Source of the DNA: a phage
Length of the DNA: 58,073 nt
Sequence record: PZ445420.1
Reading direction: 5' to 3' (one strand)
Shown here one piece after another: positions 10,043 through 19,027 of this stretch. The notes beneath the pieces are model-generated. The model was not told the origin of the DNA. It searched no databases and saw only the letters and a list, made by a program, of their open reading frames with translations. The translations under genes and the position numbers were made by a program. The first letter of the stretch is position 1. Each line of letters opens with the position of its first letter.

Positions 10043-10425
10043 GATCCCGCGAAAAGCTAATTGATCACTTACTGCTCGAATGGCAATTGCACAGTTGCCC
10101 GCCGGGCAGTAAGACTCCAACGATTAAACATCTCCAGCACGTTAAAAAAGTCACTGGTAAGACTCCCTCCTTACTAGCAAAGTATGAATCCAGCTCCGTA
10201 CCGCACGAACTAAGATACATTTACAAGTTATTTCTTGACTTTTATAATGGTGATAAATTCAGTTACAGCGAATTTAATGCCTGGCAAGATTATATAGGTG
10301 TAGAACTTGATTTTAGAGAGCGTGAACTAATTCGGCAGATTTGTCTTGAACGGCAAGCATTTGATATTAGGCGTCAACGAGAACTTATGCAACACGCTCG
10401 GACCAATAATAAAGGAGGTAAATAA
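9614..10425 (+). CDS. tail assembly chaperone frameshift fusion (lambda GT-like), -1 shift at T_TTT_TTC 10033-10039
   Basis: Heptamer T TTT TTC just before stop of 9614..10042; the -1 frame is open from 10039 to stop at 10423-10425 and matches ORF 10087..10425. Confidence 0.5.
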
Positions 10426-13400
10426 TGGCTGATGCAGCTGACATCGTCATTAGAGTCCGTTCTGAAGGTATTCAGAATGCTGAAACAGCACTGCGACGCT
10501 TGCAAGCGGCAGGTGTAAGAGTTGAGACTGTCAGCTCGCGTATGGAGAATGGTTTTCAACGTGCAGCTACAAGTGCTGACGCATTCCATCAGGCCATTAG
10601 TGCAATCTATACGGTAATGACTGTAACCACACTGACATCCTACGTCGGTGGGCTTGCTAAGTTATCGGATGGGTGGCTGGACGTCACTAACAAACTGGCT
10701 AACGCCAACTCTGCAAACGAGCGGATGGTTGATATCCAAGAGCGTGTGTTTGGTATCGCTCAAAGAACTCGTACGAGCCTGGAAGCTACGTCAACTCTTT
10801 ATGCTCGTATGGAACGTTCACTGAACCAGTACGGTGTGACTGGTAAACAGGTCGCTCAGATCACTGAAACAATTAACAAGGCAATGATTGTTTCTGGTGC
10901 AACCACTGCGGAATCCACTGCTGCTATTATCCAGTTCTCACAGGGTCTGCAATCTGGTGTGCTACGTGGGGACGAATTCCGTTCTGTAATGGAACAGGCT
11001 CCTCGTCTTGGTAAAATGATTGCAGATGGTCTTGGTGTTGGTACTGCTGGTCTTCGCCAGATGGCTAACACTGGGCAGTTGACCGCTGACGTTGTTATTA
11101 ACTCAATTTCTAAAGCTGCATCAACTATTAACGATGAGTTTGCTCGTACGATACCAACGTTCTCGCAACGAATGGAGATCGCGAACAACAACTTAATCAA
11201 ATTCGCGGGAACGTCAACCTCAGTACAAACTGTGGTCAATTCCATGGGTTCTGTGATCGAAACTGCTACAGACCACCTCACCTTGCTGTCTAATACGGCA
11301 ATCGGTGTCGCTGCTATTGTTGGCGGTCGAATGATCACTGCCCTGGCCACACAAATTGCAGCATTCGTCCAGCTCAATGCAATACAGGCAAGTAGCTCGG
11401 CTATAAACATCAAGACTATTGATGGTATCACACGATCCGCAGTAGCTCGCTATAACGAAGCACAAGCAACGTTAGCACAAGTTGCAGCCGAGCGCACCAA
11501 GATTCAGGCAGCATTGCAAGCCAACCAAACATATTATAAAGGTATAGCGACACTCAACGCATACATGCAGAATACGCGGAAGGTACGCGAAGCTACGGAA
11601 GCGGTTGCTATTGCCCAGACTACCATGCAGGCGCGTATGGCTGCCGCGACTGTAGCGTCCCGTGTGCTTACTGTCACCATGACAGGCCTGCGGACGGTAA
11701 TGGGCTTGATGGGTGGACCTGTAGGTGTGGTCACATTGGCTGCTGCCGCATGGTTCATGTGGAGTCAAAACAGTAAACAAGCTGTCCAGGATGCACAGAA
11801 CCTTGCTTCCTCTCAAGAAGATTTAAAGAACAAGTTAAAAGAAACAACTCTTGAACAACAACGAGCTCTTAGTGTCCAGTTGCAACGTGCCGCTATTACG
11901 TTGGACGAACAGATTGCTGCTGAAAACAGAGAGCTGGATGAATTAAAGAACCGTCTTAGTACAGTAAAGCGCTATCAAGATGAAGCAACTGAAGGAACAA
12001 GCGAGTATAACCGACTCACTAAAGACCGTACGGAGTTAGAAGGTGACGTTGCTATTAAGATTGGTGAAATATCCACCCTTGAGCAAAAAGCACAACAGGT
12101 TAAATCTAATTTAACGACTGTACTGAACAATTTAACTGCTGCTGTAATGGGTCATACTGATGCACTCAAAGCGGAAAACGAGCAGTTGTCTATTAACATT
12201 AGTTCCGCTGCCGTTCGTTCACAGGAGGTAGTTAAGGCAATCCAAGCTCAGAATAATGAGTTAGATGTTGCTCAATTAAAGCTGTCTGGACACGCACGAC
12301 AAGCAGCTCAGTTGCAAGACGCTCAACAGAAGTTGGGTAAGGCTTACCAGGCAAACGAAAAATTCATTAAGGGCTATATCAACGGTACTTTAGGTATCGG
12401 TGAGGTATGGGATAATGAAAAACTGGGTCTCAAAGAGTTCCTGGATATGTCCGGTAAGGCCTACGACGCCCAGAAGGCGTTGCAGGACAAGATCAAGAAC
12501 GACCGTAATAGCATCCGTGAAGCTAAAGCCGCAGCCCGTTATGCTGAACAATGGGATAAAGCATATGAACGTGTGGAAGCGCGTGGTGCTACTGGTTTAC
12601 AGCGTCTTAACTTACAGCAACAAGCTGAAGTTCGTGCTATTCGTGATAAAGCTGAACGAGCTAAAGCATCTGAAGAAGAATTACAGAATGCGTTACTGGC
12701 TATCCAACGTAAGTACGATTTGAAACGTGCAGAACTGGCAGAGCAATACAAGCCCGGCGTTGCAATGGTGCGTGCGTACAAAGAAGCTCAACAAGAAATA
12801 AATCAGTTGCTTGAAGCTGGTTTATTGACAGAGCAACAGGCATATACAGCTAGATTAAATCTGCAAGCGGATTATTATACAAAACGTGCGCAGATGCAAT
12901 CCGAACTGAACCCGGCTGGACAAGCTGCCGATCAAGAAGCTGCTGAACTTGCAACACTTAAATCCCAGTATGAAACAGCGATTGAATTAGCTACTGGCAA
13001 AGAAGAGCAACTAACCGCTATCAAAGAGAACTATGAGCGCATACGACACGACATTCAGTTGAAGTACGCTCAGAAGCAGATGCTCGCACAGAACCAGACG
13101 GCAATGGCTTACATTGAAAGTCTGAGCTCTATGGCTGGGTCGATGACCACAATTATGGCGGCTGCTGGCGATGATGCTAGTGGTGCTTACAGGGTTATGT
13201 TTGCACTGTCTAAATCATTCAGTATTGCTCAGTCGATGTTAAGTATCACTACCGCACTGTCGCAGGTGTTAGCAGATCCGACAGCATTGACACCGATGCA
13301 AAAGATGGCCAACTACGCAACTATTGCAGCCGCTGGTGCTAACATTATTTCAACATTGTCCAGTGTCGCTCTTACTGGTATGGCTCACGATGGTATAGCT

Positions 13401-13685
13401 AACGTTCCAGAAGAGGGTACGTGGCTTCTGAATAAAGGTGAACGAGTTCTTAGCCCACAACAGAACGCAGACTTTACTAACTTTATGAAGGGTCAATCAA
13501 ATACTGGCAATAATTCGGGTGGTGGTGTTATCATTAACCAGAACTTTAATATCCAAGGTAACGGTGATGCAGCTTTGAAAAGTGCAGTTGAGCAGGCTGC
13601 AAGAGATGGCGCTCAACAAGGTTATAACATGGTACTCCAAGACTTTGCTAACCGTGGATCTATTAGAAGAATAGCTTTGGGGTAA
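10425..13685 (+). CDS. tail tape measure protein
   Basis: 1086-aa ORF, long helical/coiled-coil Ala/Gln-rich sequence with hydrophobic segments, downstream of chaperone pair. Confidence 0.85.
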   Translation: MADAADIVIRVRSEGIQNAETALRRLQAAGVRVETVSSRMENGFQRAATSADAFHQAISAIYTVMTVTTLTSYVGGLAKLSDGWLDVTNKLANANSANERMVDIQERVFGIAQRTRTSLEATSTLYARMERSLNQYGVTGKQVAQITETINKAMIVSGATTAESTAAIIQFSQGLQSGVLRGDEFRSVMEQAPRLGKMIADGLGVGTAGLRQMANTGQLTADVVINSISKAASTINDEFARTIPTFSQRMEIANNNLIKFAGTSTSVQTVVNSMGSVIETATDHLTLLSNTAIGVAAIVGGRMITALATQIAAFVQLNAIQASSSAINIKTIDGITRSAVARYNEAQATLAQVAAERTKIQAALQANQTYYKGIATLNAYMQNTRKVREATEAVAIAQTTMQARMAAATVASRVLTVTMTGLRTVMGLMGGPVGVVTLAAAAWFMWSQNSKQAVQDAQNLASSQEDLKNKLKETTLEQQRALSVQLQRAAITLDEQIAAENRELDELKNRLSTVKRYQDEATEGTSEYNRLTKDRTELEGDVAIKIGEISTLEQKAQQVKSNLTTVLNNLTAAVMGHTDALKAENEQLSINISSAAVRSQEVVKAIQAQNNELDVAQLKLSGHARQAAQLQDAQQKLGKAYQANEKFIKGYINGTLGIGEVWDNEKLGLKEFLDMSGKAYDAQKALQDKIKNDRNSIREAKAAARYAEQWDKAYERVEARGATGLQRLNLQQQAEVRAIRDKAERAKASEEELQNALLAIQRKYDLKRAELAEQYKPGVAMVRAYKEAQQEINQLLEAGLLTEQQAYTARLNLQADYYTKRAQMQSELNPAGQAADQEAAELATLKSQYETAIELATGKEEQLTAIKENYERIRHDIQLKYAQKQMLAQNQTAMAYIESLSSMAGSMTTIMAAAGDDASGAYRVMFALSKSFSIAQSMLSITTALSQVLADPTALTPMQKMANYATIAAAGANIISTLSSVALTGMAHDGIANVPEEGTWLLNKGERVLSPQQNADFTNFMKGQSNTGNNSGGGVIINQNFNIQGNGDAALKSAVEQAARDGAQQGYNMVLQDFANRGSIRRIALG

Positions 13686-13687
13686 AG

Positions 13688-14278
13688 ATGGCAATATTAA
13701 CCTGGCCCGATGAAATTAGACCTTCCGAGATGGAATGGCATCTAGTATCGAACTCTGTAGAATTTACAAGCCCCTTCAACGGGGCTTCTCAGACTGTGGC
13801 CTACCCAGGATCTAGGTGGGAGGCATCTTTAACTTTCAATAATCTGAATGACTGGGAATCAAGAAAACTGGAATCATTATTAGCTAAACTTGATGGTAAA
13901 TCCGGTCGTATTATGCTTCAAGATTTCGGACGTTGGGGAAGACCATCAATGGGAGCACCTGTGGTCAATGGTGCGAATAACAGTGGGACAACTTTATCTA
14001 CTAAAGGTTGGGATTATGATAAACTTGTTCTACGCGAAGGTGATTATATAACAGTCAATGATGAGTTGAAATTAATAACAGAGGACGCATGGAGCGATTC
14101 CTCTGGTAATGTGATTCTAAGTATTGCCCCAATGCTAAGAAGTATTCCTCCAAATGGCGCAAAGATTGAAACTCAAAATCCACAAGGGACTTTTCGGTTA
14201 TCTGAAAATACTAATGGTGTTAAACGTCAACCGGCTTTTAATAACTCATTTACTTTAAAATTCTCAGAGGCATTCTAA
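13688..14278 (+). CDS. minor tail protein (lambda M-like, candidate)
   Basis: 196-aa ORF right after tape measure; segment W.ASLTF...LESLL resembles lambda gpM as recalled. Confidence 0.45.
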   Translation: MAILTWPDEIRPSEMEWHLVSNSVEFTSPFNGASQTVAYPGSRWEASLTFNNLNDWESRKLESLLAKLDGKSGRIMLQDFGRWGRPSMGAPVVNGANNSGTTLSTKGWDYDKLVLREGDYITVNDELKLITEDAWSDSSGNVILSIAPMLRSIPPNGAKIETQNPQGTFRLSENTNGVKRQPAFNNSFTLKFSEAF

Positions 14279-14862
14279 TGTTATTCAGCCCATTTAGTGA
14301 CGATCTTCTTAGCGCAATGGAGCAGCCAAACGTTAGTTTAGTATTAGCTGCGGAAATACATTTTCCATCCGGCGTGACACGAGTTCATACAGGAACAGGT
14401 ATTGTTATTATCAATGGCCAGACGTTTCTTGGTGTTGGTACACTTGGGGATGTTGGATCTATTACAGAGGAAAACAGCACAAGTTCAAGTACGATGTCTA
14501 TGGCTCTTAGTGGGTTAGATATGAGTCTTGTAGGCGAGACTCTAAATGAAGAAGTTATCGGATCTAGTGTTATCTGTTACATTGCGGTAATGAATGAAGC
14601 CGGTACAATTTCCTCATCTAATGTCTTATTTGAAGGATTTATTACCGACACATCATTACAAGCAGGGCGACAGAACGCATTGAGTTATGTCGTTGCCAAC
14701 GTATTTGAACGTTGGCAACAAGGCTTACCAGATCGTTATACGGATGAAAGTCAACAAAGATTACATCCGGGGGATCGCTTCTTTAGATATGTTGCACAAA
14801 TGGCAGAGCGTTCAATCTATTGGGGAAGTAAAAAAGATGCGCCAGGATTCACATATGAGTAA
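14278..14862 (+). CDS. minor tail protein (lambda L-like, candidate)
   Basis: 194-aa ORF, ATG overlapping upstream stop; gene order M-L-K-J. Confidence 0.45.
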   Translation: MLFSPFSDDLLSAMEQPNVSLVLAAEIHFPSGVTRVHTGTGIVIINGQTFLGVGTLGDVGSITEENSTSSSTMSMALSGLDMSLVGETLNEEVIGSSVICYIAVMNEAGTISSSNVLFEGFITDTSLQAGRQNALSYVVANVFERWQQGLPDRYTDESQQRLHPGDRFFRYVAQMAERSIYWGSKKDAPGFTYE

Positions 14863-15271
14863 AACTCCGGGGTGGCAGACACGTTTATTGACCACGGTAA
14901 AGGAGCTGTCGTCTACTCCTTTTTCTTGGGGTAAAAATGATTGTTGCACGTTTGCCGCAAAGTGTGTCGATGCACAATACGGAACGAATATTTATAGTGA
15001 AATAGTTGGAAAATATAGCACGGAATTAGGAAGTAAGAAATTTACAATTCAGAAAGTTGGTACAACACACCTCCCAGCTTTATTAGATATCTACTTAGGT
15101 GAAAGAATAGAAAAGAATTTTGCACAAAGAGGAGATGTTGTTACATTTGAAGGTGAGCTAGGATTAACTGCCGGTATACTATGGACTGGATTCGTATGGG
15201 CTATGGGACCGAATGGTGTTGTGACATTCCCAATTAATAAGATTAAAATCACAGATGTTTGGAGGGTTTGA
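14855..15271 (+). CDS. tail assembly protein (lambda K-like, NlpC/P60-type Cys; candidate)
   Basis: Internal ATG at 14855 overlapping stop of upstream gene; WGKNDCCTFAAKC motif; ORF track extends it upstream to 14687, probably spurious. Confidence 0.4.
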   Translation: MSKTPGWQTRLLTTVKELSSTPFSWGKNDCCTFAAKCVDAQYGTNIYSEIVGKYSTELGSKKFTIQKVGTTHLPALLDIYLGERIEKNFAQRGDVVTFEGELGLTAGILWTGFVWAMGPNGVVTFPINKIKITDVWRV

Positions 15272-17910
15272 TGCCACCAGCAATAATTGGAGCAGCAATT
15301 ACAATTGGTGCATCTGCTGCGGCAGCGGCGGGATGGATTGCGACAGGTGTAGCTTTAGCTATCGGTATGACCGCAACCGTAGCCGGCGCACTATTAACTA
15401 AGACACCAAATACAAATTTCAATGCTTATAAAGGTCAACAGGAGCGTAAACAAGTATTACGTGCCGCGGCAGCAGCCAGAACTGTCGTATATGGTACAAC
15501 TGTAGCTTCTGGAGTCATGACTTTTGCAGAAGAACAGCCCGGTGACCAAGATGAAGATGAACTTCTCCATATGGCGTTAGTTGTTGCGTCACATCCATTG
15601 GAAGGAATTGGAGATATTTGGCTTGGGGATGACCTTATTCAAACTTTCGAACAATATGTCAGCTGGGAATTTCATAACGACCGTCAAACTGTAGACCCGT
15701 TTATGCGGGACAATTGTCCTTCCTGGAAGGATGATATGATTGGTAAAGGTATTGCTTGGCTTCGTATTAGTTTCAAATTTAACGCTGAAAAATTCCCTTC
15801 TGGTTTACCAAATATCAAACTTCTAAAACGAGGACGACGTGTATATGACCCTAGATCTGGCTATACTGTGTTCAGTGATAACGCGGCATTAGTTATACTG
15901 GATTATTTCCGAACATATTTGAAACGTAGCGACGAACATATTAACTGGGAGCAGTTCAAAGAAGCTGCGAATATATGTGACGAATATGTTTCTAACGCAG
16001 ATGGTTCCACGGAGCGACGCTATAGAATCAATGGAGAATTCGAAGTAGATGAAGCACCTGCTAAAATCCTTGATGCAATGTTGCAGGCTTGCGGCGGGGA
16101 ATTGACATATATAGCCGGTAAGCACGGATTATTGGTCGGTGCATACTATGGTCCAGCAACAATGACTTTGGACGAAAGTTGTATTTCCGGTGATATTAAA
16201 ATCATCCCGGAGACATCCTATAAGGAACGAACTAACACAATCACTGGTACATTCATAGATCCTAAACAGAACTATGTTGAAGCCGACTTCCCTCCTGTTG
16301 TGGTCAAAGAATGGGTGGAAAAAGATGGTACAGAAATAACCCAGGATATGGATTTCCGATTTGTAACAAGCGAATATCAAGCCCAACGTTTATCCAATAT
16401 TATTTTACGTCGCAAACGTGTTGGTCGCACAATTGAAATTCCTTGTAACATGAAAGGTTATAAGTTTCGACCAGGAATGTATGTAAAAGTTACTATTTCT
16501 CAGATTGGAATGAAAAATGTCGAGATGCGAGTAACTAAATGGTCTTTCAACCCTAAAGGTGGAGTAGACATTACTTTACGACAAGATTTCCTGGAAATGT
16601 GGGACGATGCTATCGGTAAACCGATGGACCGCCCAGATCTTGTAGATTTACCAAGTGGCGGTGTTGCTCAACCACAAAATCTACAGTACCAGATTTTGCA
16701 GATCAGCGATGTGGTACAGGGTGTGTTATCCTGGACTAATATGGGGCAAGTGGCGTACAACCGCGTAGCCGTGCGACAGGGCGGTGTAACTATTTGGACC
16801 GCACAAGTCCCAGGACAAAGTGTTAGAGTTACTGGTCTGTTACGTGGTGCGTATACAGCGCACGTCCAAGCTGTGTCACACGGTGGGGCAATATCCCCTG
16901 AGGCTTATCTTGAATTTAATATTCAAGCTCCACCACCACCTTCTTCTGTCGAAGTACAAAACGGTTATTTTTCTTTAACACTTATTCCAAAAATTTCTGA
17001 ACTTACTAGCGTCAGCACTCAGTTCGATTTCTGGACATCAGGTGAAACAAAATTATCATCCACCAATACGGATGTCGTTGAACGAGACGCTACTCGTGAA
17101 GGTATGGGCACTGTATGGCAAAAGAACAATTTGCTCAATGACCACGTTTATTACTGGTATGTTCGCACAATCAATGCCTTCGGATCGTCTTCGTTTGTTG
17201 AAGTGGAAGCCCTGGTATGGGCGGAAACTGGGCAAATCATTGAAATCATGGATAAGGAGTTCCAGGAGACTGAAACTTTCAAAAACCTCATGGAGACTGT
17301 ACAGAAAGTCGACGATGGTGTTACAGAATTGTCTAAAGTTGTAGAAGGTCAAGCCTCCAAGATAGATTCAGTGCAGACTAGCGTTGGCGACGTTGTAGTT
17401 ACAGTTCAACAACAATCGCAAGCATTAGCAGATCTTAATGGTAAACTTTCTGCTCAATGGGGGCAAAAAGTCCAGATTGATAGTAACGGCAACAAATATG
17501 TCGCCGGTATGCAGTTAGGTATAGAAGGTAGCGGAGGTCAATTCCAATCTTATTTCATGGTGAGTGCGGATAACTTTGCTGTTTACAACCCTGTAGCTGG
17601 AGCTGCTCAACTTGCGTTTGCTATTAAAAACGGTCAGGCGTTCTTGAGAGATGGTTTTATTGAAAATGGTTCAATTACAAATGCTAAGATAGGTAATGTG
17701 ATTCAGTCCAATAACTGGAATGGGAACGATCAAGGGTGGGCAATTACAAAAGACGGTTATTGCGTATTTAATAACGTTACCGTCAGAGGGACGGTCGTTG
17801 CTAACGCTGGTCAATTTGGTTTCAACGGAAATGGAGGTATTACAATTGATAGTAATGGTATCCGCGTTCCGTTATCCGGTGGGGGTGTTGTCATAGTAGG
17901 ACGCTGGTGA
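15259..17910 (+). CDS. tail tip / central tail fibre protein (lambda J-like)
   Basis: 883-aa ORF; middle region (YFSLTLIP...FDFWTSGE...YYWYVRTINAFGSSSFVE...KYVAGMQLG) parallels lambda gpJ; Gly/Ala-rich hydrophobic N-terminus. Confidence 0.65.
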   Translation: MEGLMPPAIIGAAITIGASAAAAAGWIATGVALAIGMTATVAGALLTKTPNTNFNAYKGQQERKQVLRAAAAARTVVYGTTVASGVMTFAEEQPGDQDEDELLHMALVVASHPLEGIGDIWLGDDLIQTFEQYVSWEFHNDRQTVDPFMRDNCPSWKDDMIGKGIAWLRISFKFNAEKFPSGLPNIKLLKRGRRVYDPRSGYTVFSDNAALVILDYFRTYLKRSDEHINWEQFKEAANICDEYVSNADGSTERRYRINGEFEVDEAPAKILDAMLQACGGELTYIAGKHGLLVGAYYGPATMTLDESCISGDIKIIPETSYKERTNTITGTFIDPKQNYVEADFPPVVVKEWVEKDGTEITQDMDFRFVTSEYQAQRLSNIILRRKRVGRTIEIPCNMKGYKFRPGMYVKVTISQIGMKNVEMRVTKWSFNPKGGVDITLRQDFLEMWDDAIGKPMDRPDLVDLPSGGVAQPQNLQYQILQISDVVQGVLSWTNMGQVAYNRVAVRQGGVTIWTAQVPGQSVRVTGLLRGAYTAHVQAVSHGGAISPEAYLEFNIQAPPPPSSVEVQNGYFSLTLIPKISELTSVSTQFDFWTSGETKLSSTNTDVVERDATREGMGTVWQKNNLLNDHVYYWYVRTINAFGSSSFVEVEALVWAETGQIIEIMDKEFQETETFKNLMETVQKVDDGVTELSKVVEGQASKIDSVQTSVGDVVVTVQQQSQALADLNGKLSAQWGQKVQIDSNGNKYVAGMQLGIEGSGGQFQSYFMVSADNFAVYNPVAGAAQLAFAIKNGQAFLRDGFIENGSITNAKIGNVIQSNNWNGNDQGWAITKDGYCVFNNVTVRGTVVANAGQFGFNGNGGITIDSNGIRVPLSGGGVVIVGRW

Positions 17911-17921
17911 TCAAATATTAA

Positions 17922-17946
17922 ACGGGGCCGTGATGGCCCCGTTTTT
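17922..17946. terminator. bidirectional rho-independent terminator between convergent genes
   Basis: 8-bp stem ACGGGGCC/GGCCCCGT, 5-nt loop, T-runs on both strands. Confidence 0.6.
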
Positions 17947-18917
17947 CAATACATATTGGGTATAGCTATGAGTGGTGTTGGTACTACAACGTTACGTCCT
18001 GGTATTATCACTTGTCGTCGTGAGTAATTTCCCACTACGCGGTTTCTCGCAGCTCCTACCACATTATCCGCCATTCGAATCCCGTTCATACGAACATGAT
18101 TGTAGCCTCCATTGTTCTCAATAAGCGTACCTGTGTATGCAAGCTGTATTAAGCTGTTACCAATATTTTGCCATCCCGCGCTAAGATCTACTGTTCCGTT
18201 GAATACAAAAGGCTTCTTGACCGTGGAGAATGTAACTTGCCCAGCTCTGTTCGTCATGGTAATACCATTACCGGGCTGTGGGGGAGTGTTGTTAAATATT
18301 ACTAATTCCATTCCAACAGAAGCCGCTACGTCATCGATTCCACCATATGCTGCGTTGCGAACGATAATATTCGAACCATCAAAACCTACTGACACGTTAG
18401 GATCGTTCCAGCGAGCAAACGGAACACCACCAACAGGTAATGGCATACTACCGTTAACCCATACGTACTGGGAATACTGACAAGTCATGAGAAAGGCTGC
18501 GTTGGATATTGCTGTGAAGTCCGTGGAGTTAGCCACAAATAAACCCTCGTTTCGCGTTCCTACAGGTAGCAGTTCCATAACCACACCTGACCATTGCGGC
18601 AATCCCCTATAAGCACCAAGTGCATCTGCTCCACGCAATGTAACTCCACTATCACCGTTTCTTGTCACGGAAGTTACATACATCGGATCAGGGAGTACTA
18701 GAGTCTGGTCAAATACTTCCAATACTTCAACAGGATTAGTCATAACGACAACAACTTGTGATCCTGGTGTCAGAGGTGTATTGATAGTTAAAGTTTTATC
18801 AGATTGACAGCGTTGATTGAAGTTAGCGCAAAAGGACGGGGCGCGTAGTCCTGCTGTTATTTGCATTGCAGGTCTGCCGTCATTGTAGTTTATATAAATA
18901 CCCTCTGGCATAATCAC
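17946..18917 (-). CDS. hypothetical protein encoded antisense within tail module (Gly/Asn/Val/Thr-rich; candidate fibre, receptor-binding or exclusion protein)
   Basis: 323-aa minus-strand ORF between J-like gene and tail fibre gene; composition typical of beta-rich fibre proteins. Confidence 0.5.
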   Translation of the reverse strand: MIMPEGIYINYNDGRPAMQITAGLRAPSFCANFNQRCQSDKTLTINTPLTPGSQVVVVMTNPVEVLEVFDQTLVLPDPMYVTSVTRNGDSGVTLRGADALGAYRGLPQWSGVVMELLPVGTRNEGLFVANSTDFTAISNAAFLMTCQYSQYVWVNGSMPLPVGGVPFARWNDPNVSVGFDGSNIIVRNAAYGGIDDVAASVGMELVIFNNTPPQPGNGITMTNRAGQVTFSTVKKPFVFNGTVDLSAGWQNIGNSLIQLAYTGTLIENNGGYNHVRMNGIRMADNVVGAARNRVVGNYSRRQVIIPGRNVVVPTPLIAIPNMY

Positions 18918-19027
18918 TCCAAATAATGTGGTTAAAGACGATAGATAATATTGTTTTATATTCTAATTTAATTTACCATATTTGTATGCCCTGAAATATC
19001 TATTAATTTTACAGATAAGAGGTAAAA

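Noticed and set aside
10856-11816. Minus-strand ORFs (10856..11431, 11220..11465, 11472..11816, 11534..11758) inside the tape-measure gene
   Set aside because: They are antisense to a long, well-supported tape-measure ORF and have no RBS context; most likely chance ORFs.
14687-14854. N-terminal extension of the K-like gene given by the ORF track (start 14687)
   Set aside because: It would overlap the preceding L-like gene by about 170 bp; the internal ATG at 14855 overlapping the upstream stop is the more plausible start.
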